From an uncultured Solirubrobacterales bacterium (lineage in GTDB: Bacteria; Actinomycetota; Thermoleophilia; Solirubrobacterales; 70-9): 64,000 nt of DNA. This document shows, piece after piece, positions 8,538 to 17,531 of the stretch (position 1 is its first letter; every line of letters begins with the position of its first letter). The position numbers and the translations under genes are program-made. The notes beneath the pieces were generated by a model. The model was not told the origin of the DNA, ran no database searches, and was given only the letters and a program-made list of their open reading frames with translations. The stretch spans positions 9,578 to 73,577 of the forward strand of contig CAVVVY010000009.1 in NCBI GenBank assembly GCA_963751815.1. The letters run 5' to 3'.

Positions 8538-8571
8538 CAATAAGAACATATGCGGACCCGTTCTGTCAAGG
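8538..8571 (-). promoter_or_regulatory. Conserved promoter/operator-like motif, copy 2
   Basis: The minus strand reads GCCTTGACAGAACGGGTCCGCATATGTTCTTATTG. That gives TTGACA, an 18-nt spacer and TCTTAT, with the same GGTCCG-N5-GTTC core. It sits 14 nt upstream of ATG 8525. Confidence 0.5.
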
Positions 8572-8629
8572 CACGCTGCGGAGTCCATTTTTCGCTCAGT
8601 TTGCCTAAACCGCCGCAAATGGCTTGAAT

Positions 8630-8671
8630 TAGCGGAAAACGGGAAACGAAAAGGGCTCGAAATATCGAGCC
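8630..8671 (-). terminator. Intrinsic terminator after the last operon gene (F)
   Basis: The minus strand reads GGCTCGA-TATT-TCGAGCC (7-bp perfect stem, 8654-8671) followed by CTTTTCGTTTCCCGTTTTCC. It lies 35 nt downstream of the stop at 8706. Confidence 0.6.
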
Positions 8672-8705
8672 TGCGGCGTACCACTATGCCCCAATGCGCC
8701 GCGTC

Positions 8706-9536
8706 TCAGCGGACGCGGCAGCTGCGGACCGACTCGGTGACGATCTTCTCGCCGCCGGCGAAGCTGTAGGTGGCGCGCGCGAAGGAGAGGAAACCGGCCG
8801 AGAACCCCTCCGGCACCGGGCAGGAGGCGTTCAAATAGCTTTTCCGGTTGCCGGCGTGGTTGTAGATCCGCGAGACCTTGACCGCGAAGCTCGCGACGTG
8901 CGGCCAGGGCCCGACCGAGCGCCTGATCGTCGTCACCAGGACGGTCCGGTTGTCTTCGTTGCGGACCGTGAACGGGATCACGAACGAGGTCGGCGGATCC
9001 ATCGAGTAGGCGTGGGCCCAGACCGCCGGGCGCCCGGCTTTCGTGCGTCCGTTGAAGGTCAGCAGGTTGGCCCTGACCCGGAACGCCGGCTGGTTGGGGA
9101 CGAATATCTGCGCCGAGAGCTCGCCGCGGCCGACCAGCGAGTCGCCGCATGCTTCCGAGCGCCTGTTTGCGTCGTCGTGCTGGTCAGGCGTTCGCGGGGG
9201 CAGACCGGGAGGCCGTGGGTGTTCATCGCGCCCCGCCACGCGAGTTCGAGCCGGATCCAGTTGACCCGTCGGGATCGGCGAGCCGTCGGTGGTCTGGACC
9301 CCTCCGGAGAGGAAGACCGAGACCGGGACTTTTTCGTCTCGCGGAAGCTTCCGCGGCTTGATCCCGCCGTTGATCATCGCGATCACGTTTTCGCGCTGGG
9401 CGCGCTCGGCGCCGGCGGTTCCGGCCCAGCTCGCGACGGCGAGGAGGACGACCAGAGTCAGAGCGAGGCGAGCGCGTTTAGCCCGCAGCAAACGGACGAC
9501 CAGATGAACCTTCGGCCCGCCGTCCGGCTCGACCAT
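8706..9536 (-). CDS. Operon gene F: secreted or signal-anchored hypothetical protein, paralog of 1852..2658. The ORF is open but contains a compensated frameshift pair.
   Basis: 276-aa ORF with a hydrophobic N-terminus, LALTLVVLLAVASWAGTAGA. Between ~9262 and ~9175 a different frame matches the paralog much better: VNWIRLELAWRGAMNTHGLPVCPRERLTS aligns with SITLALNRNGHLETRGLPRCKKGELIA. The listed frame there gives QLDPARTRVAGRDEHPRPPGLPPRTPD. Confidence 0.7.
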   Translation of the reverse strand: MVEPDGGPKVHLVVRLLRAKRARLALTLVVLLAVASWAGTAGAERAQRENVIAMINGGIKPRKLPRDEKVPVSVFLSGGVQTTDGSPIPTGQLDPARTRVAGRDEHPRPPGLPPRTPDQHDDANRRSEACGDSLVGRGELSAQIFVPNQPAFRVRANLLTFNGRTKAGRPAVWAHAYSMDPPTSFVIPFTVRNEDNRTVLVTTIRRSVGPWPHVASFAVKVSRIYNHAGNRKSYLNASCPVPEGFSAGFLSFARATYSFAGGEKIVTESVRSCRVR

Positions 9537-9608
9537 TTCCTATTCGCTCTCCTCGTACTTCCCGTTTGCGCCCGACCCAATCGGGCGACGTTGAAGAAGA
9601 CACTAGCG

Positions 9609-9645
9609 CCTCTGAGAGGGGTTTGCGGTCCGCGTATGTTCCCAA
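9609..9645 (+). promoter_or_regulatory. Conserved motif, copy 5, in inverted orientation within the E-F intergenic region
   Basis: The plus strand reads CCTCTGAGAGGGGTTTGCGGTCCGCGTATGTTCCCAAAC. It shares CCTCTGAG and GGTCCG-N5-GTTC with copy 3 but has poor -35 and -10 hexamers. Confidence 0.35.
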
Positions 9646-9676
9646 ACCGTAAGAGACCGTAGGAGCAGGGAAATTG

Positions 9677-12426
9677 TCAGTGCCGCTTGCGCTTGGCGCC
9701 GCTTCGGATGCGACCGCAGGCGGTCTTCGGCGACCGTCTGGCTCGTTTCCCGACCGCTCTGGGCCGTGTAGGCGACTGCGATCTTCGGCGGCGAGGCGCA
9801 GAGGCTTCTTGTGTTGACCAGGTAGCCCTGTTTGCCGCCGAGGAGGTCGAGCTTGAAGTAGCCGATCGGCGCGTCCGGGATCACCGGGACGACCGTGGTC
9901 AGCTTGCCGCCCTTCGAGAAGGATTCAGCCTGCGGAACAAGCCGGACCTGGCCGTCGAGGATGAAGGCGAGACGAGGCAGCTTGCCGAAGCCCGGAGACC
10001 GCGTAGGCGGGGCCGCGTCAGCGGCGCGTCGAGCAGCGGCGTCCTCGTTTCGACCGTTCCGATCGGCTGGCGCCCGGCGCAGGATTCGGCTGCGAGCTGG
10101 GCTTTCGAGCAGATGTTGCCGAGGTGGCGCTGGTCGATCGCGAAGGCTTTCGGCAGGGTGACTGCGAGCGACTTGATGTTGGCGTCGCCGTTGCGGGTGC
10201 GGAGCTCGAACCGCATCCGCGGATTGCGGCTCCGCTTGGTGTCCTTGCGGGTGCCGAGCTGGCGGACGGTCATGCTCGGCTTGAACGGCAGGGCCGAGCA
10301 GTTGACCGCGTTGAAGGACGAGGAGAAGTCGGTAACCGTCCCCTGGTCGCCGATGCCCTGCGAGTCGACCGAGAAGGTCGAGCAGTTGGTCGGGTTGATC
10401 GTGAAGTTCGGCTTGTCGATGTTGACCTCGATCGAGCGCATCCGGATCGGGACGCCCGCCGATGATGCTCGGCACCGTGTCCGAGACCGCGCTCACCTGG
10501 GCGGTCAGCGGGTCGACGTGGAGGGCGACGCGGACGACGACGACGCCGTAGTCATAGGGCCCGGCCAGCGCCGGCGTGACCGCCGCCAGGCTGAGCGGCG
10601 CCCCCTTGAACGGGCCCGGAGAGGTACATCTTCCCGATCGCGTGGAACGGGTGGCCGCCGGGGCCGCGCGGCGACGTTGGTCGTGCCGATCTGGGACGAG
10701 GCGGGGCAGCTCGGGGTCGCCAGCTCGGCGCGGCCGAGCCTCTGGGCGGCGGCGAGGATCGCGGATTCCGGGCAGTAGCCGATGCCGCGCAGGTCGCCGG
10801 TGAAGCCGGGCGGCATCCTGAAGTTGAGGTCGCCGAGGAACTGGTCGCCGTCGTCGCGGTCGAGTTTGAGGTGGAAGTTGGAGAAGGCGCCGGCGTTGGG
10901 TTTGAGGTCCCCGCCTCGAGCCGCGGCTGGAACGGGCGGACCTGGCCCGGGCAGGGGCGCCGTGCGGGCCCTGGCGAGGCCGAAATGCTGCGTCGAGTCG
11001 ACGTCGGGAAGCGATTTCGTTCCAGGGGAAGAAGTGGCGCGCGAGGTCGTAGATCGTGCAGAGGGTCGGGGTCGCGACGAGGCCGCGATCGGAGGCGAAG
11101 AGGTGGATGTCGAAGTCTTCGAACGGGACCTGGGGCAGGTCTTCGAAGTAGACCGTGATCTGCCCGGTCTGGGGGTTCGGTCTGACCGACCCGACCAGCT
11201 TGGCGTGCATGCCGAACCCGTCGAAGATCATGAAGAGCCGGTACTGGTCGCCGGGCTTCGGTTCGCCGAAGTAAAGCGAGCCCTTGAGGCGCCCGTCGAG
11301 CGTCGGCGAGCCGACGCTGAGGGTCCCGATCTTGGCGTTGTCGGGGCATTTGGCCGGGCCCTCGGACCCGAAGTTGGCCTGCGCGTCGGTGCAGGCGCTC
11401 TGGCCGTCGGCGGCGTCCGGGTTGATCGTCAGCCCTTGCGGGAAGGTGACGACCGCGGACTTGATCTCCGAGGGTGAGGCGGCGAATCCCTCGAACTGCT
11501 GGCGCTGAGATTCAGGTCGAGGCCCGACGGCCGAATCGGTTTCGTTGGTCGTCGGACTGGCCGTGGAGCAGCGGTTTGAACGTCTCCGCTCAGCATCCGG
11601 TCATCTCCGGATAGGTGCTCTCGGCATGGGAGAAGTACGCCGGGGTCCTGGTAGGTCTCGACCAAGAGTTTGGTCACGAGGTTCATGGCCGCTGCAGTGG
11701 GTCGGGTTGTCGGTGAACGGCTTGTTGGGAATGCTCGCTTTCGTCGGCGACGGTGATGCAGCTTGCGTCGGCCAGCCCGGGGCAGCCGGCGGATTGCCCG
11801 GGGAGCCCTTGGCGAACCGGTCGTCGTTGTGACTGAGATCGGCGGGGAAGCCCCAGATCGTCAGGTTGACGCGCGGCGAGCGGTGTCAGCTGGGTGATGT
11901 CGGAGACCTTGAAGCGCAGCCCGTAGTCGGTCGCCGTGCGCACCGTGATCGGGATCGCGATCGGGATGTCCAGGGTCGGGACGATGAACTCGATCAGCGC
12001 CGTCTGATCCGCTTGGGGGAGATGTCGTAGAGGGGCGCCGTGCCGAGAAGGTACCGGAGTAGTCGGAGTACCGTGATCAGGCCGAGCTGGGAGTTGGCGG
12101 GCATTGATCGAGGGCGAAGTCCGCGGCGGTGCAGTTGGTGATCGCGTTGATGTTGCCGAACAGGCCCTGCGGGGCGTTGAAGGTGATGTTTTTGGCCGCC
12201 TCGGGGTTGCCGGGATTTTCGAGCGAGAAGTTCGTTTCCAGGTCGGGATGGCCGCCCGCCTGGGTGTAGGGCCCTCCCCCTGCGGGTCGGTCATCGTTGT
12301 CACGAATGATTCGATCTGCTCGCTCGCCATGACCGGCGCGGCCACCGCCAATGAGAGCGCGACTGCCGCCAACAGGGCTACGGTGATCGTTCTTGGGATC
12401 ATTCTTGTGGTCTCCTTGCCGATCAT
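9677..12426 (-). pseudogene. Operon gene E: paralog of gene C (QAGGHPD / Cys-loop family), heavily frameshifted with well over 10 frame changes
   Basis: ATG at 12426 lies 8 nt after the D stop. The signal peptide is MIGKETTRMIPRTITVALLAAVALSLAVAAPVMA. Conserved segments are scattered over all three frames. Examples are IESFVTTMTDPQ, AGGHPDLETNFSLENPGNPEAAKNITFNAPQGLFGNINAITNCTAADFALDQCPPNSQLG, VNLTIWGFPAD and FEGFAASPSEIKSAVVTFPQGLTINPDAADGQSACTDAQANFGSEGPAKCPDNAKIGTLSV. Further examples are MIFDGFGMHAKLVGSVRPNPQTGQITVYFEDLPQVPFEDF, MPPGFTGDLRGIGYCPE, FKGAPLSLAAVTPALAGPYDYGVVVVRVALHVDPLTAQV and PIRMRSIEVNIDKPNFTINPTNCSTFSV. The inferred end is PKTACGRIRSGAKRKRH* (stop at 9677-9679). Confidence 0.6.
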
Positions 12427-12433
12427 CAGCCGC

Positions 12434-15400
12434 TCACCGATCGCCGCGGGTCGAGTGGCGCCGAACGTGATGCTTCCTCCTGTGCTTGGGCTTCCTCACA
12501 CACTTGCCCTTGTGCTTGGAGAAGCCCTTCTTGCAGGCCCCCGACGGGGAGGAATTGCCCGGAGTCCCGGCGATCGTCCCGATCGGAGGCCGGGCAGGGG
12601 CCTGGGTCCCCGGTCCGTGACACTCGTCCGACGCTGCGCAGAGTGCGGGCGGGGGCACATCAAAGAAACCACCTTCAATGCGGGCGTCATAGATCTTCGT
12701 GACCGGGCCGTTCAGGTCCTCATGGGCAAGCGAATCGTGGGTGAAGAAGTAGGCGTCGGTGGCGTCCGCGCCCGCCGAGAGAAGTCCTGAATCGTGGGGG
12801 CTCGAGCCCGCAGAGATCAGGCTGAGACAGTTTCCTGTGAAGGCGAAGTAGTTCGGGTTGTTGTTGCTGGCGACACAGTTCCCAGTCCCGGGAGGCTCCC
12901 ACTCATAGACGTCTTTGCGCCCGTTGGAGTCCAGCAGCGCAATTGCATCGGTCGAGTCGAAGAAGACACGGCCATCGTCGGTCAGGCTGAGGCCGTTTGG
13001 CGCAAGACTCGAATCGCCGATCACTTCCCCGTTGGTCGGGCTGCAGGACACGCACTCCAGTTCCTGTTGGGGGACGTCATAGCGATAAAGCTCAGTGTGG
13101 CCACCGTTGTCGACCTGCGGCAGCAGTTTTTGAACCGAGGGGAAGACCGCATAATTCCCGTCGGGTGACACCTGGAAATCTTCCGTGTGCCGTACGTCGG
13201 CGTCCTTGATTGCACGAACAACGGTCGAATTGTCGATGGGGCCCGGCCGAGGAGTGAAAACGGCGATGTGGTCTCCCACCGATGCGTAGATGACGCCGGT
13301 GTTGCCATTGATCGCGACCCCGCGAGAGCCGGGCGCGATGTCGGCTGATCCGAAGGTCCTGAGCTTGTTCCCCGATGAGTCAAACCTCAAGAGCTGGGTG
13401 CCCTCGTCGACGTAGAAGTCTCCGTTGATCGCATCGGTTGAGACTGCATTCGCGTTGAGCGACACTTTGTTCGGTTGTGAGATTTGCCTGGGGAATCCAA
13501 GCGTCAGGTCGGAGGTATGGGCCAGCCACATTTCGCCGCTGCTGTACGTTTCGCCGAAGATGACGTTGCCCGAACCGGCAGCAATCTCACACGGATAGAG
13601 AACCGGGACGCCGAAACCTCCAAGGGTGAGACCTCCGGTGTAGTCGGTCTCTTTCGGGTACGCACCCGAGGGCGTGTAGCGCCAAACCTGATTCGAGTAG
13701 TCGCCGACGTAAACGCTGCCGGTGTCGTGGTCCACCGCAACTCCACACGACTCGCCGAATCCGCCGTTGTAGTTGCCGGAGCCATTCAGGGTCGACAGGT
13801 ACTCACCCGTTGAGTCGAAAATATCGATCCCTCCGAAACTGGCGACGTAGATGTTCCCGCTCGCCGGCCCTTTCGAATCGTCAACGGCCACCTCGGAGGC
13901 GGACGGGCCATCGAAGGCGAATGAGCCAAAGGGAGCGGGGAGCGTGTTGCCGGAGCACGTGCCGCAGGTGAAGTCGTCGGGACTTCCATCGGGCTTGTAG
14001 CGCGAGACCGTTCCTGCTGCCGAATCGACCACATAGACATCGCCGCTTGTCGAATTGCCGGTGCTCTGGTCGACCGTCAGGGCTTCGGCAGCCGTGAAGG
14101 ACCCGAACGTTCCTGAGAATTCGGCCGGCAGAGGTGGTTTTCCTACGGTCGTGTCGATGGTCGCGACGAAAGTGGGGAGAGGATCCCGGCCTGGCCACAT
14201 ACAGATTCGCCTGGTCCTGGGTGCCGTGCGTGGGACCGTCGAGCAACTCCGGCGAGAGGAAATAGATGGTGCCGTCTCCGGCTGCGACGCCGCCGGCGCC
14301 GCCGATTGCGACCGCGTCGCAGTTGTTTTCACCGGAGACCGAGTTCCAGCCCTCGGCCGGCGAGCAGGCGTCGGTGTCGCCGGTGCCGGAGCCTCCTGTC
14401 GAGAGCCTGGTCAGCTCGGCGCTTGTACTTCCAACGTCTGCCCTAAAGATGTCGGCGCTGGTGTCGTCGTCGGAGGCTCCTGAGGGCACATCGGTCGTCG
14501 TGAAGAACACCTTCGTGCCGTCCGAGGTCATTCCGTCATAGAGCGCGCCGTCGGGAGTGTTCGGCGTCAGTTGGACCGAATTCGGCACCCCGGCGATATG
14601 CATATAGAGGTCATAGAAGTGGTTGCCGGCAGCGTCCGTTGCGACAAGGTCGCCGATCAGGGTCCGCGATCCGTCCCCGGAGACATCGAGCTCGACGACG
14701 TTGGAGCCGTCGGCGAGGGCGCTGCCGGACGTATCGGTCGAAACGATTTCGGTGGTATGGGTTTGGAGGTCGCGGCTATAGATCGTCAGGTCGGAGTTGT
14801 TGCTGTTCGCTCCCGGCTCGAACGCCTGTTTCGAGCCGAACATGAAGTGGGAGCCATCGTCCGAGAACGACTTCTTCACGGTGCCCGCGGAGACCGGATT
14901 CGAGACCGGAATCGAACCGACCATCCCCTGGGTCAGCGTCCCGTCGGGCTGGTGGACCGGCACGCCCTGGCTGCCGTCCGCGAAGCACGGATTGCAGACG
15001 CCGGGGCCGCCGAAGGCGAAGACGCTCAGGCTGGCGTCGGCTCCCTGGAGGGACGAGGAGAACGGAGCCGCTGACGGCGCGTCGGCCGGAATGCCGACGT
15101 ATTGGGTCGTCCAGCCGCTGGGCCCGCGCGTCGCTACGTAGGGATCGATTCCGCGATTGGTCGGGTTGCCGCTGACACCGGGTATCGCGCCGTTGTGGAC
15201 GCCATATAGGACCTGTGAGGGGCTGCTTGCGCGCGGGTAGCCCGAGAATGGGGCCTGGCCCGGCACCAGGCTCGACTCCACGTCGTACCCTCCAGCGTGC
15301 GCAGCTGACACGAGCTCAAACGCCCGACAGTCCAGCAATTGCGTCGCCCCGGTCTGCTGGCGCGCCAGCTTGTTGGCGCAGGTGTCGCTCAGAGTGTCAT

Positions 15401-17508
15401 TGAACGGCTGCGTGGCAAAGACCTTGTCCGGCCCCGACACGCTTCCGACCGAGTTCGTCGCGACAACCCGGTAGTAGTAGGTGGTGTTCGGTTCGAGGCC
15501 CTCGTAGATCCTGCTCTGGCCATCGAAGATGGAGTTCGACCCGATGTGGGCGTCAGAGGCCGGCGTCGAGGCACAGGTGTTGGGCACATCGGAGCACGGG
15601 CTCGTCCCGAACTCGAAATGGTATGTCGTATCCGTGCCGCCCGGATTGACTTCGGTGTTGAATCTCACTCCGTTGGAGTGCACTGCGCTGACCGACTCCC
15701 TCACCTGCGGGAGAACAGGCGCAGTCTTGAGAAACTGGTCGTCGCTCGCGCTGCTGCCGGCAGCGTTGACGGCAACAATCCGAAAGTGATAGATGCTCGC
15801 CGGTTCGAGGCCACTGATGGGGTATTCCTCGGCGGCTTGCTCGCCTACGCCGGGTGAGCCTGCATCGTCTCCTGGCGGATTGGCGGATTTGTGGTTGTAG
15901 CTCGTCGTGGTCCCCCACTCGAAGTAGTAGTGCGTCGAACTTCCATCACCAGTGAAGGAGCCGTTGAGCGTCGCACTCGTCGAGGTGACATTGGTCGCAG
16001 GGTCGGCCCGCAACCCCACGACCTTGTGAAGGATGAATGTCTGATCGGGCCCCGACACCGTTCCTTCCGCGTTCGTGATCACCACCCGATAGTGGTACTC
16101 CGCCTCCGGAGTCAGCCCGCCGACGTCTGCATGAACTTCCGTTGAGCCACTGAAGCTACCCGCGCCCGGGTCGGGTGAACAGGTGGCAGTACCGTGAGAC
16201 GCTCCGCCTCCATACGGATTGGTGCTATCGGCTTGGTAGTCCGCGTCCGCGACGTAGTCGAAGTGGCACCCGCTGATCGCGGATGTGCCGTTGGGATCAA
16301 CCGTGGCGTTCAGCGTGATCGAGGTCGCGCCCAGATTGGATTCGGGTTTGTAGGCGACCGACTCCATCGCCGGGCGCGGGCTGTAGATGTCGACGACCCC
16401 GTGGGTGCCATCGTTGACATACAGATAGCCTTGAGAGTTGACGGCCAACCCGACGACGAAGTCGTAGCAGTAGATGCTCGCGGGCGGGTTGAGGCCGCCG
16501 AAGCACTGGTAACCGAATTCCCCGGCGGGCGCGTCGGAGCCGTCGATGTGGCCGAGATATTCTCCCGACGGAGAGAATTCGTCGACCCAGAAGTTTGCTC
16601 TGTCGGATACGAGGATGTTTTCATTGGTCGGGTCGATCGCGATCCCCCGAATCCCGCAAAGTCTCCCCCCCAGTCGGGGGTCGACGCCGCGGGCGTGTTT
16701 GGGTTCGAAGGGACTCCGGAGGAAGCCGCGGTGATCCGCCGGATGAAAACACCGCTCGGCGCGAACTCGTATATGCCGCGGTTTGTCGGGTTATAGGCGC
16801 CAGCATCGGTGACCCAAATATTGCCGTGGGAATCGACCGCTATCCCTGCCCGATATCGGAATACTGGTCGCCTCCGGCGTATTGCGAAAAGCTTCCATAG
16901 GGTGACCCGGTGATCTTGTTTCCAACGATGTAGCTGGAATTACCCGAGAAGTTGACCGGGTTACCGTAACCATCGAAGACCTGAATGAAGTTATTTCCGT
17001 AGAGGTAGACCCGCCCTCTCGACGGGCCGTTAGTGTTGTCGACCGCAGTGTTGAGCTCGGTGGAGGGTTCCGCCCCCTTCATCTGACCATAGAATTCGCC
17101 GAAATTATCGAAGATGTTGTAATTGAACTGGCCCCCCGGGACCGGGGCGTAGAGAAAGCCGTTCGAGTCGTTGAAGGACGGGCCGTGGACCTGGTTTCCA
17201 CCACCCCACCGACCACCTCCGTCCTGTTCTCCGATCTTTGTATGCGTCGGATAGGCGTCGTAGTGAGTCAGCACGCTGCCCCTCCCGACGTCGGAGATCC
17301 AAACCGAGTCGTCGCCGCTGTGATCGACGAAAACGCCTCCGGGCTTGCCGAAGCCGGTTATCTGGGAGTCATATGTTCGAGGAGCGAACGCCCCGAACGC
17401 AGGGCTGACAGCGCCTGCCAGCACAACAAGAATCGCGCACAGGGTCGCGAGGCCGGCTACTCGCGGGTAAGCCCGGGCTGAATTCGCCGACTTGGAGTGC
17501 ATCTTCAT
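12434..17508 (-). pseudogene. Operon gene D: ~1690-aa secreted protein with three frame changes. Modules in order: NHL-like propeller, 3 fn3/PKD-like units, TolB-like propeller, second NHL-like propeller, TolB-like module, Cys/His/Lys tail.
   Basis: The RBS AAGGGAG lies just upstream of ATG 17508. The signal peptide is MKMHSKSANSARAYPRVAGLATLCAILVVLAGAVSPAFG. The gene joins several pieces. The first is 16840..17508, part of ORF 16840..18222. The second is an unlisted frame at ~16645-16850 (GIAVDSHGNIWVTDAGAYNPTNRGIYEFAPSG). The third is ORF 13881..16448, whose frame is open upstream to ~16645. The fourth is ORF 12434..14332, which is real from ~14175 (VATIDTTVGKPPLPAEFSG). Frame changes fall at ~16850, ~16650 (next to G runs) and ~14175. 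Confidence 0.7.
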
Positions 17509-17531
17509 TGGCTCCCTTGGTCTCAACATGC

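Noticed and set aside
7922-8684. ORF-track starts at 7957 and 8684 for the two TetR-type genes
   Set aside because: Both extensions run through the conserved promoter-like motif, or far upstream of it. They add non-homologous residues (MTYGSVHVLILD..., MVRRRLDISSPFRFPFSANSS...). The internal ATGs at 7921 and 8525 sit at matching positions relative to the motif.
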